A stretch of DNA of 32,000 nucleotides from Promethearchaeota archaeon (lineage in GTDB: Archaea > Asgardarchaeota > Lokiarchaeia > Sigyniarchaeales > Promethearchaeaceae): assembly GCA_016933055.1 (NCBI GenBank), contig JAFGBS010000036.1, positions 4,933-36,932 on the forward strand. The letters are read 5' to 3'. Each line of letters begins with the position of its first letter. Position 1 is the stretch's first letter. Both the position numbers and the translations under genes were made by a program. Below, piece by piece: positions 8,911 to 18,424 of the stretch. A model generated the notes under the pieces. It did not search any database. It worked only from the letters and a program-made list of their open reading frames with translations, and was not told where the DNA came from.

Positions 8911-9320
8911 CAAAAACTGCTAAAAACGGTAATTAAGTATGGTGAATTATTCGGTGCTCCCCGTCTTTTGGATATTACCCACAATGCTCACTTCGTAATG
9001 TCGATGGGGGTAGTATTATTTAAGAGATTTTTTGATTTAGTGGAAAACATCGTAGATGCGGGTTTCCCGTAATTATACCACCCTTTACAATTGATCCATA
9101 TCCCATTGATTATAAGAATGTGAAATCGAACAATCAACAAAAAATTGTTGAAAGATCTTGTATAAGAAACAAGATTACCTTGAGAAGATATATAAAAAAT
9201 GGGATTTCAAGGGAAGAATGGATATTCCTGTGTATGTTATCTATCTGAAGTAGGAAATATCCCAAAAAGGGGAGATTTTCTCGTATGGTCCGATTCCACT
9301 GCGATAGTTTATATACATGG
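8911..9320 (+). pseudogene. Aconitase X catalytic subunit (DUF521) N-terminal fragment, multiply frameshifted
   Basis: Pieces in changing frames: KLLKTVIKYGELFGAPRLLDITHNAH; PFTIDPYPID; LYKKQDYLEK; GYSCVCYLSEVGNIPKRGDFLVWSDSTAIVY (cf. AcnX FTCTCYxxEVGNxPxxGDxLSWAESSAVVY). Confidence 0.8.
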
Positions 9321-9650
9321 AAGATATGACTCGTTTTGGTAAAATATTTAGTTTTTCATATTTTCCCTAACTTAACTTTTGATTTTTTCAGGTACTGAGT
9401 GGTTAATAGGTACTCTATTAAATAAATGATTTATTTTGCTTGCCAGCCTATCTCTTTGATCTTTTCCTTAGATTTTGCGATTCTTCTTAAATTTTTGATC
9501 CCATATTGGATAAGCTCATTTACCTAGGCAGTCATTAAAAGTCACACACTCTTCTACTAATTTGTACTAAGTTGTTGAAAAAGTACATTTCATAATAAAC
9601 TTAACAAATGAATAGTAATCCTGAGATGCAGAATAATTCCATATCCGGAT

Positions 9651-10685
9651 ATGAACCCAATGAAAAGTGTAAAAAATAGTTCCAAGCTCCAACGAATGCA
9701 AGATTTAATTAAATTGACTCCAAAACTCATTCAGCATTTCGATGAAATCATGGAAATTCTTATCGAACAGAATACTGTGTTCGAAAAAACGATTCATCAG
9801 GAAATTCTCGGAGGATTTCAATCAGTATTCAATGAAATGTTGAACCATCTCGAATATTGGGCAGAATTGACTCAACTAATCATGTTTTTATCCAACACAT
9901 TTAAAATTCTTCAAAAAACCCTCATTTATTTCGATTATTTACGCTATATTGAAAAGGAATTCAATGATCCAAGTTTCAAAATACTCAAAGAGTACACCAG
10001 CAATAAAATAAGCGAATTTGATGTCGCTTCTGTTGAAAAACAGATGAAACAGAGCTTAGATTTTCTCCAACATCAAAGTGACTTGGACTTATTTGCACAA
10101 GTAAAGAGTGATCCAAACTATCTTGAATATATCAGAGGCAGGGAGCTCTTTTATCTAAAGGATATCTGCTTCAATTTTTGTCACGCATATGAAAGTCTAG
10201 TGGTAATTTTGACGTTTTTTCTAGTCTTGATTCGGTTTCTGCTAAAGGAACCGTCGAATTTAATAGAAAATGCGTTAAAAACTCATAAAAAAATTCCGGT
10301 TTGGCAATTATATGAAGAAAATGGGCAATATCCCTCGGCAGATGTCTTATTAAAGGATGGTCTCAACCGAATATTTGCTACTCCGCCCTCAGCTCTTATG
10401 AATTTTTTGGAAGAGATATTCGGACCGCATGGGTATCGGGAAATTCGGAATCGAATAGTGCATAATATGGAAGAAGAAGGATTTTGTGAAATTCTAAAAG
10501 AATCAAAACTAAAAATTACATTTCCTGATCACATATCGCAGGTTTTTTCCATAGACGATCTCAAACGACTCTATGCGAGATTGTTTTCTATTACAGTTGA
10601 AGTGTTTGTAATGAATGAACGCGGAATTTTCGTTGGAGTGTTTAAGAAAATCCAAGACATTTTGCGAAAAAATAAGGTAGACTAA
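9651..10685 (+). CDS. Hypothetical helical protein with C-terminal HEPN-like RxxxxH motif
   Basis: YREIRNRIVHN near the C-terminus, preceded by an AYESL helix; all-alpha composition. Confidence 0.55.
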   Translation: MNPMKSVKNSSKLQRMQDLIKLTPKLIQHFDEIMEILIEQNTVFEKTIHQEILGGFQSVFNEMLNHLEYWAELTQLIMFLSNTFKILQKTLIYFDYLRYIEKEFNDPSFKILKEYTSNKISEFDVASVEKQMKQSLDFLQHQSDLDLFAQVKSDPNYLEYIRGRELFYLKDICFNFCHAYESLVVILTFFLVLIRFLLKEPSNLIENALKTHKKIPVWQLYEENGQYPSADVLLKDGLNRIFATPPSALMNFLEEIFGPHGYREIRNRIVHNMEEEGFCEILKESKLKITFPDHISQVFSIDDLKRLYARLFSITVEVFVMNERGIFVGVFKKIQDILRKNKVD

Positions 10686-10747
10686 TAACAATTCCAAATT
10701 TTCCATCAAAAAAAATATCATAAAGTAGTTCTATATATTAGATGTAA

Positions 10748-11659
10748 ATGAACTTCAATCCCCAATTACACTTGACAGAAATTAAGGAACATTACCTTAA
10801 TGATTTAAAAACTGCATATTTAGCTTCACGCCAAGCAACCTATGATAATTACGATAATTCTCAGTTTTATAACGAATTGATGAAAGAATGCATTTTAAAT
10901 CCCTCAATTCACGAAATTGTTCGAACTTATTTGTCAAAGTTTCAGATTCCTGGTGTGCAGATTATTTTTGGTTCTGATCCTAAAAAACGAATGGAGGAGA
11001 ATTTGAAAAAAATAGAACCAGATGAAATGATGAGTCAAGAGGACTTAGAGAGGGATGCAGAACAAATTGATCAAGTAATTGAAGATTATAAAAAAGAAGA
11101 AATATCTTGTGTAGTCATGAATTATCTCATAGGGGCTGTAGAAGTAGGAGTACACGAACGTGAAATGAAGTATTATTATGCTCCCACAGAGATTCGAGTT
11201 TCTGAAAGGTTGTTTGTATACTGGGCTTCTAGGCATTTTTATAAAATGCTACACCCATTGAACGATCACTATCTGAAAATGGCAGTTGTCTATCAATTCT
11301 CGTTTTTTGAAGCGTGTTTGAAAGACATGTTGCAACTAGTTGTTGATCATACTGATCACATGGACTTTCTACGATGGGGGGGAGAAATGAACCTTTTACA
11401 TCGTATATTCCTTCGAATGAATATCAATTTAGAAGATTTTCCCAAATGGGAGTTACTTAAGAAATTATACACTAAACGAGTAGTTTTTATTCATTGTTCA
11501 GGAATTTTGGATAAGAACACAGTTAATAATTTGGATTTGGATGAAAAATTGATTGGAGAGCCTTTAAAAGTAGATTTATATGATTTAATGACTCAGCATG
11601 AAACATTGAAAGAATTTTTACAATGGATTCCAGAACGAATTATCCCCTTATTCAATTAA
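10748..11659 (+). CDS. Hypothetical protein with C-terminal HEPN-like domain (RiboL-PSP/MAE_28990-like pattern)
   Basis: FSFFEACLKD...W.LLKKLYTKRVVFIHCSGILD follows the E...W...RxxxxHxxGxxD layout. Confidence 0.5.
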   Translation: MNFNPQLHLTEIKEHYLNDLKTAYLASRQATYDNYDNSQFYNELMKECILNPSIHEIVRTYLSKFQIPGVQIIFGSDPKKRMEENLKKIEPDEMMSQEDLERDAEQIDQVIEDYKKEEISCVVMNYLIGAVEVGVHEREMKYYYAPTEIRVSERLFVYWASRHFYKMLHPLNDHYLKMAVVYQFSFFEACLKDMLQLVVDHTDHMDFLRWGGEMNLLHRIFLRMNINLEDFPKWELLKKLYTKRVVFIHCSGILDKNTVNNLDLDEKLIGEPLKVDLYDLMTQHETLKEFLQWIPERIIPLFN

Positions 11660-11685
11660 TTAGAGAAACTGGAGAGTATGGTATT

Positions 11686-11928
11686 ATGTCAAAGAGAATA
11701 AAAAATATAAAAGAAAGGATAGAAAATGCACTACCTTATTTTGGGGAAATTTTTGAGAATCCCTTTGATCTGAATGTCGATGAACTCGCAAAAAATCCTC
11801 ATAAAATCGAGGATCATGGTAAAACACTTTTTTTGACCAAGAACTTCGTAACTAAATGTCTTAAATTGTTCAAATCCCATAACTCAGAATCCTCAATTTG
11901 CCGTCGATTTGTCAATATCAGATGTTGA
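11686..11928 (+). CDS. Short hypothetical protein, possibly a truncated remnant
   Basis: Track ORF 11623-11928; likely ATG at 11686; no recognisable motif. Confidence 0.3.
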   Translation: MSKRIKNIKERIENALPYFGEIFENPFDLNVDELAKNPHKIEDHGKTLFLTKNFVTKCLKLFKSHNSESSICRRFVNIRC

Positions 11929-12107
11929 ATTTTACTTTTTATGCATGAAATCTTGATCTGTAGAACTTATTGAAAAAATTTTTGTCCTTTAAGCATCATG
12001 AGCTTAATCGATTTTATCCATAAATGAGTTATTAAGACAATTAAGTTCTCAATAGTTAAATGTGCTAGTCGGTTGATCAAGGTCAATTAAGCACCGATAT
12101 GTAAATA

Positions 12108-12329
12108 TTGAGGGAAAAAAACATGGATGAGGATAAATCACTGGAAGAACGTGAAAGAGAGCTACGAGAACGTGAATTGGAGTTAAAAAAGCGAGAACTT
12201 AAACTTAGGGAAAAGCAGAATACTGTTTTAGAGAAATCTACGAATATGTCAACGTGCATATGGGTAATTGTTGGAATTTCCACGGTGATTTCCATAATAT
12301 GGATGCTGATTAGCTGGATTCAATGGTGA
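12108..12329 (+). CDS. Small coiled-coil protein with a C-terminal transmembrane helix (tail-anchored)
   Basis: EERERELRERELELKKRELKLREK then a hydrophobic CIWVIVGISTVISIIWMLISWIQW; likely ATG at 12123. Confidence 0.6.
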   Translation: MREKNMDEDKSLEERERELRERELELKKRELKLREKQNTVLEKSTNMSTCIWVIVGISTVISIIWMLISWIQW

Positions 12330-12439
12330 TATCCATTAAAATAAAATAGGACAGTTATACTGGACACTGAAGAATTTGAGTAATCGACATGCGCAGAACA
12401 ATATAAATACCACATAAGTGGATCTTTAATAGGAGAAAA

Positions 12440-13786
12440 ATGAGTATGTTGAGTCAAAACCTTAAGAAAACCATCCAAAACATGCATACAATCCCTTGGA
12501 AACTATATCTTTCTGTGTTATTGACACATCTTTTACCAACAATTTACGTTACCATTCGCATTTACTTCCTCGGTGATTTACCCAGCGATTGGGGTGTAAA
12601 CATTGCTTCGCAACTAGTTTGGATAAGTTTAGTTTTAGAAGTCATACAGGAAGGTCTCATCCTACCACTTTTTTACATTATTGGTAAGACTTCTAAAGAT
12701 CGGAACGAAACAATCAATAAGGTAAAGACTGGTTTACTAATTACGATTGGAATTCATGTTCTCATTCTCGCAATTGTTGGGATATTCACTCCCGCTTTCG
12801 TACGGGCAATGGCTCAAAATCCCGCATTACAAGACGCTACTGTAGTCTATATTCGCTTAGAACTAATTTCACTACTCATTCAAAGTGTTTTCAAATTTCT
12901 CTTTATCTTATTCATAATTTATGACCAAAGAGTAACCATTTATCTGCTTTTACTCGTGCAGATGATTGGAACGGTGATTTTGGATACATTTTTTGTTAGT
13001 TCGTTTTCATTTTCGCTTAATCTAGGAGTTAATGGCATCGCTTATTCAAATATCATTATCTATTCCCTCTTAGTAGGGATGAGCATTTATCGGGCTATTA
13101 GAACTTTTAAGCTAACGAAAAAAGATTGGCGGGTGCATACCAGCTTTACATGGCTGAAGGAATGGGGACGTGTCGGAGGGTATTCAGCTATGGATTCCTT
13201 CATTCGCAACCTCTTCTATATGGTATTTATTATTCGAATGATGAATATAATAGCCGAACAAGGCACGTATTGGGTTGCGAACGGATTTATTTGGAGTTGG
13301 TTATTACTACTCGTTTATCCGTTGACCGATATCATTAAGCAAAAAATTGCTACAACCCTTCCCGAAAAACTCAAAGGATTTTTAAATCCATATTATCTAT
13401 TTTCAACGATTATTGTTCTTCTTTGGTTTCTGACGATGCCAGGATGGATGTGGTTCATCACAAAAGTTCTCAATGCTGCGGAACCACAAACAGTATTTCG
13501 ATTAGTGCTTTTATTGTTACCAGCCTATATTTCTTTTGTGTATAATACCGTAGCGGATGCCCTTTTCTATGCCATTGGCAAAACTGAATCTCTTGCTATT
13601 CAAACGATTCTAACTAATATTTCTGTGTACGGAATTGCCTTTATCCTCTTTATTACTGGTAATTTCATCCCCACGTTATATTCTATCGCAATTTTGTTTA
13701 GTATAGGCATAGTAATTGACGGGATCTTGACTTTCATACTGCTACGTTATTATATTCGCAAATATGAAATGAATTCCACGCACTGA
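12440..13786 (+). CDS. MATE-family (Na+-driven multidrug efflux-like) membrane transporter
   Basis: 448 aa, about 12 hydrophobic segments; IYFLGDLPSDWGVNIASQL...EVIQEGLILPLF and EQGTYWVANGFIWSWLL family pattern; GGAGA SD. Confidence 0.75.
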   Translation: MSMLSQNLKKTIQNMHTIPWKLYLSVLLTHLLPTIYVTIRIYFLGDLPSDWGVNIASQLVWISLVLEVIQEGLILPLFYIIGKTSKDRNETINKVKTGLLITIGIHVLILAIVGIFTPAFVRAMAQNPALQDATVVYIRLELISLLIQSVFKFLFILFIIYDQRVTIYLLLLVQMIGTVILDTFFVSSFSFSLNLGVNGIAYSNIIIYSLLVGMSIYRAIRTFKLTKKDWRVHTSFTWLKEWGRVGGYSAMDSFIRNLFYMVFIIRMMNIIAEQGTYWVANGFIWSWLLLLVYPLTDIIKQKIATTLPEKLKGFLNPYYLFSTIIVLLWFLTMPGWMWFITKVLNAAEPQTVFRLVLLLLPAYISFVYNTVADALFYAIGKTESLAIQTILTNISVYGIAFILFITGNFIPTLYSIAILFSIGIVIDGILTFILLRYYIRKYEMNSTH

Positions 13787-14063
13787 TCCCAAATTTGAGT
13801 CTAATATGTAAAACTAACGAAATTTTGTTAGGAATATATAATTCAACATTTGCTATAGGTTTTTGAGTAGAAACTTAAAGATGAATGTAGGATATTTATA
13901 TTTACGTATTATTCCACTCCAATCAGTAAAGAGAAATCACGTGAATGATTTTCATCAATTGGTATAAATCTCCAAAAATGCCAATATTTCTAATAACAAA
14001 AAAGATACAGAATAAGGGAAAAAATAATCGTCGGTTGTATTTCACACTAATATATCAATAAAA

Positions 14064-14897
14064 TTAAGAGCATGAATCACACAAAGGATTTTCACGTGAT
14101 ACATTACTCTCCTCTCCACATTTCAAACAAAACTTTCCTTTTTCATGTTTATAATAGCAAACTGTACAAAATGGAGTTTTTACGTTAAAAAAAACGAATT
14201 TTCTACAACCTATACAAAATCCACGTTCTTCAATTGGGCGTAGACTTAGTTTACCACATTCTGGACAAATTAGAGTTTTATTACTATCTGTATTATGCAT
14301 TAACTCAAAACCGCACAATTTACAAAGCCATATTCCTGATCGCTGTTCTTTAAAATTTTCAGGTTTAACTTTTATTTCTTGACTTGAATTCATTATCGTC
14401 CAATCAATTGCAGGTAACAATTTTTCGTCGTATTCATCTGCAGTTTCGTGAATTGGTGTTGTATCTCCTGACCTCCTCATGGTTTCGACGTTTTCTATAA
14501 CCTTGTCATATAAATTCTTATCCTTTATCGAAGTTTCTGGTTCTATTAAGAATCCCATTTCCCAATTTTTTTTCCAGGAAGATTTAAGAAGGTTTAGAGA
14601 TGAAACAACCATTTTATTCTCATTATAATAACATTTCGAATGTAAATTAGCAACACAATAAAGATTAACATATTTCAACTCTTCCGCTACACGCTTTGCT
14701 TCTTGGATAGTCGCTTTTTTCTTACGATAATATATTTCGACTAAAATACCTCTCTCCTTAGATGCATATTTAAGATGAGAGTAGATTTTTTCCGGAAAGT
14801 CCAGAAAAGGACTGATTATAATTATGAACTTCCTCGCATCAATTATAACTTTAACAATCTCACCGCATGCTGCTTCCATAGGTAGAAATTCGACCAT
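14064..14897 (-). CDS. PLD-family (single HxK motif) putative nuclease with C-terminal Cys-rich Zn fingers
   Basis: IISPFL; NLHSKCYYNENKMVVSSLNL...NWEMG; multiple CxxC pairs at the C-terminus. Confidence 0.8.
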   Translation of the reverse strand: MVEFLPMEAACGEIVKVIIDARKFIIIISPFLDFPEKIYSHLKYASKERGILVEIYYRKKKATIQEAKRVAEELKYVNLYCVANLHSKCYYNENKMVVSSLNLLKSSWKKNWEMGFLIEPETSIKDKNLYDKVIENVETMRRSGDTTPIHETADEYDEKLLPAIDWTIMNSSQEIKVKPENFKEQRSGIWLCKLCGFELMHNTDSNKTLICPECGKLSLRPIEERGFCIGCRKFVFFNVKTPFCTVCYYKHEKGKFCLKCGEESNVSRENPLCDSCS

Positions 14898-15214
14898 AAT
14901 TTTTAGCCTTTGTTTGTGAAATTTAATAATGATCCACTGGTGTGCAAAATATATATTTAAATTCTGTTAAACAACATTATCGGAAGATTTTGTGCAAATT
15001 AGATGATTAATTACATATACTAAATATGCAAATTTCATCAGAATAATAACGTTAGATAAGCAACAATAGAGGTATCTTCAAACGATAAAAACTTATTATT
15101 ATCAACAATTAAATTCGGTAGTGTAGAGAAATAATACTGATTTGGTTTCTTATTTCATTGGGCTACACTATTATTGTATTTATCTTCATTTATGCAGTAA
15201 AAAAGGAATTTAAT

Positions 15215-15502
15215 CTAAAAATATTCCAATAATTCATCAAAACACGCCATAACTTCCTTACGCGATTTAAAATTTATTTTTTGCACCTGACTAACTTCCT
15301 TTTTGTATAGAACATCAACATCTACATCAATCCACCGAAAATAATCTTCTTCGTCCAGCTCGAAATATGACTTTAATTTGCATTTTGCCAGACGGACTTT
15401 CGTGGTGTTATTATCATCCACAATTTCCATGATAGCATACCCCCATAAACCACCAATTGATAGGAACTTCATACTCTTATACTCTGTTGTATAACTCATC
15501 AT
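15215..15502 (-). CDS. Hypothetical protein (95 aa)
   Basis: Intact ORF with globular composition; no motif recognised. Confidence 0.6.
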   Translation of the reverse strand: MMSYTTEYKSMKFLSIGGLWGYAIMEIVDDNNTTKVRLAKCKLKSYFELDEEDYFRWIDVDVDVLYKKEVSQVQKINFKSRKEVMACFDELLEYF

Positions 15503-16066
15503 TCAATCCTCTTTTTTATTTTAAATTGTTTGTTTTTACTAGTAGTTAAAAATTAAGAAATGATAATCCCCAGTAATCATTTCAGAATACCATAAATTGA
15601 GGAAAATCCCTATAAAAGTGTTCTGTTGAATATGATTTTTCATCACATTGGTCTGTCGACAGATTTTAGCATTCCAAAAAGGAGACATATACAAAAATTT
15701 GATATGGAGTAAGCTACAAAGCGAAATTTGAAGAGTAATTTTTATAATAAATCCAGAAACTAAAAGATGGGACTGTCCCTGATGACATTTTTGAAGAAAT
15801 TACTACATAATCAGGATGAAAAAGTAGCTAATACAGCACAAGAAATCGGGCAAAATGCGAAATTTCCACGAAAAAATTTACACTTACATAAAATTTTTGA
15901 CGCAGAATGATAGAATACGGCTACTGCACTTTTTTCTCATTTTCGGTCTTTTTTTTATGTGGGAATCGGGTTAAGTCAGTTTATCCTTTCTCATGGATGG
16001 TTTACTCGATTATGACCAGTAAATATAAATCCTCATGGATGTAAATGATATAGTGAGGGATTAAAA

Positions 16067-16438
16067 ATGGAAACAAACGGGAAAGAAAGGGCAAGAAAAA
16101 TCACTATAATTCGCGCATTCCTCATACTAGTTGGAATTTTTTTGGGAGGAATTGGTATGGGTTTTCTTTTTGAAGTAGGCATATTCCTTATCCCAATCGG
16201 TCTTTTATTGATGATAATCGGTAGTTTCATGAAACCACCAGATTTTTGTCCACATTGTTATAAGATAATCGAAAAATATGAGTATCGGATAGATCCTGAA
16301 GATGAGAATAAGAGGATCCTCTCATGCCCATTTTGTAAAGAATATATAAAATGTGAAAGAATTGTTACCGAGGATGAGGCGTCTAGAGGACCATGTGGAT
16401 TACCATGGTGGTGTTGGTGTATAATTTGTTGCGGGTAA
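16067..16438 (+). CDS. Small membrane protein: two TM helices, Zn ribbon, Cys/Trp-rich C-terminal tail
   Basis: Hydrophobic AFLILVGIFLGGIGMG / VGIFLIPIGLLLMIIG; CPHC...CPFC; ends GPCGLPWWCWCIICCG; GTGAGG SD. Confidence 0.7.
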   Translation: METNGKERARKITIIRAFLILVGIFLGGIGMGFLFEVGIFLIPIGLLLMIIGSFMKPPDFCPHCYKIIEKYEYRIDPEDENKRILSCPFCKEYIKCERIVTEDEASRGPCGLPWWCWCIICCG

Positions 16439-16575
16439 TGGTATTAGGGATCCTTTAAACCCAATAATCCATCGAATCAAAAATTTTAGTCACATAAACC
16501 ATTTCGATAAAGTGGGCAATAAATAAGACAGATATCCTAAGAAGAATTTGGATTTTTTAATACACATAGTCTAAT

Positions 16576-16905
16576 GATGCTAGGATGAATGTGATTCTTC
16601 ACAAATGTTCTGAATGCTGCGGAACCAAAGGTAGTATTTCAATTAGTGCTTCTGTTATTACCAGCTTATATTTCCTTTGTGTATAATACCGTAGCGGATG
16701 CCTTGTTCTATGCTATAGGCAAAACCGAATCTCTTGCAATTCAGACAATTGTAACTAATATTTCAGTCTATGGAACAGCCTTTGTTCTCTTCATCACGGG
16801 TAATTTCATCCCTACGGTATATTCCATCGCAATACTGTTTAGTATCGGCATAATTATCGATAGGACTTGACTTTTCTATTATTACGCCATTTTGTTCATA
16901 AACAT
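16576..16905 (+). pseudogene. 3' fragment of a second MATE-family gene, paralogous to 13435-13780
   Basis: 207/246 nt identity over 82 aligned codons, with 24 of 32 changed codons synonymous; 1-nt deletion near 16867; no 5' part. Confidence 0.9.
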
Positions 16906-17025
16906 AAACTTAATTCCAAGATCTTAGATTCCAGATAGCTAGGTTCACTGCAATTCAGAAAAAATAATATGTGATACATGGTGATTAAATAAATTTATAA
17001 CTCTCAATTTTGAATATTTCTTCAA

Positions 17026-17490
17026 GTGGTGGGTGTGGGTAACGAAAATCCTTTTGAGGATTTGCCGGATGCTCTTGTGCATGATATGCTTGAAAGATCC
17101 GACAAAATTAGTAATACTCTAACGAAATCATTTAGCTCAATAATGGAAAAAAAGGATGAAATTCGAAATTTGTTTAAAGGGATGAATTTACTTCATAATT
17201 TTAGTGAACTTAAGGAACGGGTAGACTATCCATTTTATCCATTATCTTGCGGAGTGGATGGTGCTAATGCTATTGATAAATTAGTTTCATCAGACATTTT
17301 TGCAGTTGCGGCAGTAACAGTTCATGGATTTGATCCAAAGGAACGAATTATTGAAAATTTGGAGAAATCTCAGCATAAATTTGAGATTGAACCAATAAAG
17401 CATGAACCAATACAGAATTATTTTGCAAAGCAATCAGGTTCTGTATGGAACTTGTACTAGGAAACAAATCAAAAGAGCATGCTGTTTCTC
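17026..17490 (+). pseudogene. nurA: NurA-family nuclease N-terminal fragment (frameshift ~17408, then truncated)
   Basis: NPFEDLPDALV...SCGVDGANAIDKLVSSDIFAVAAV; a shifted frame continues NTELFCKAIRFCMELVLG (cf. ILRAxMxxMELxLA). Confidence 0.65.
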
Positions 17491-17571
17491 TAACCATTTC
17501 TATCATACCCATTCTTTTAGTTCCATGCTCTTTGGTGTGATATAAGTTCGATTAATTAATGATGTTAAGAT

Positions 17572-18282
17572 TTGAATCGATATGTCAATCTTTTCTTTGG
17601 AAATTCCCCTGGAGCAAGAATATGTAGCCAATCATTAACTCTTTGCCTATATTCTAATACAATATCTATTAATATTTTTGCTTCATTAGGAATAAAGGCA
17701 TCAGGTCGGACGAAAAAACTTCCAAATTCCTATCGAAATTCCAAAAGAGTAGGCGAATTCGCACAATTTATCATGCCCAAAAAATTGAAAGAATTATCAA
17801 AATCACAAGATGAATTTAGATTTCCCGAAAAATATATCGGAATGCATGGAAGTATCAATTATGTAATTGCAAAATCAAAAATTGAGGAATATGATGAAAT
17901 CTTAAAGATAATTCAAGAAGAATTGAAGAATTCGACTAAAGGAAAATCATTTTTAGTTTTATTCCAAAGAAATCCATGGAACGACCGAAATAATAAGTTC
18001 TTTTCACAAGCTATGAAATACGATTTATTTGAAAATTTCCTGGATACTTGTACTTCCAGTGGATATGGGATTGTTGTGACTAGTTTGAGGAAAGCTAAAG
18101 GTTTAGAAGCTGACATCGTGTTCATTCCTGACCTGGAACAATATTATTATCAAGATCGACAACTCCTATATGTAGGAATGACTCGGACGAAAAATAAGTT
18201 GATATTATCATCGACTGAACCGAGCCAACCTAAGTCACTGGTGGAAGAAATCCAAAAATATCCCGATTGGCAAGAAGAATAG
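17572..18282 (+). pseudogene. C-terminal half of an SF1 (UvrD/REP-like) helicase; Walker A/B missing
   Basis: LPNSYRNS, TSLRKAKGLEADIVFI, LLYVGMTRTKNKL (motifs IV-VI); no N-terminal P-loop upstream. Confidence 0.7.
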
Positions 18283-18424
18283 GTAGGAAAATAAAATCAT
18301 GAGTGATAATTTTTCCTCGTATGACTAAACTATACCTATCACAATAACTAATGTTTCTATAAGACAAATAAAAAACCAGCATAAGTAATCCGGAACGTAT
18401 ATATTTCTGGAATACGAGAATGCA

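Noticed and set aside
15780-15910. HEAT-repeat-like fragment (FLKKLLHNQDEKVANTA)
   Set aside because: Too short, with no start or context to support a call.
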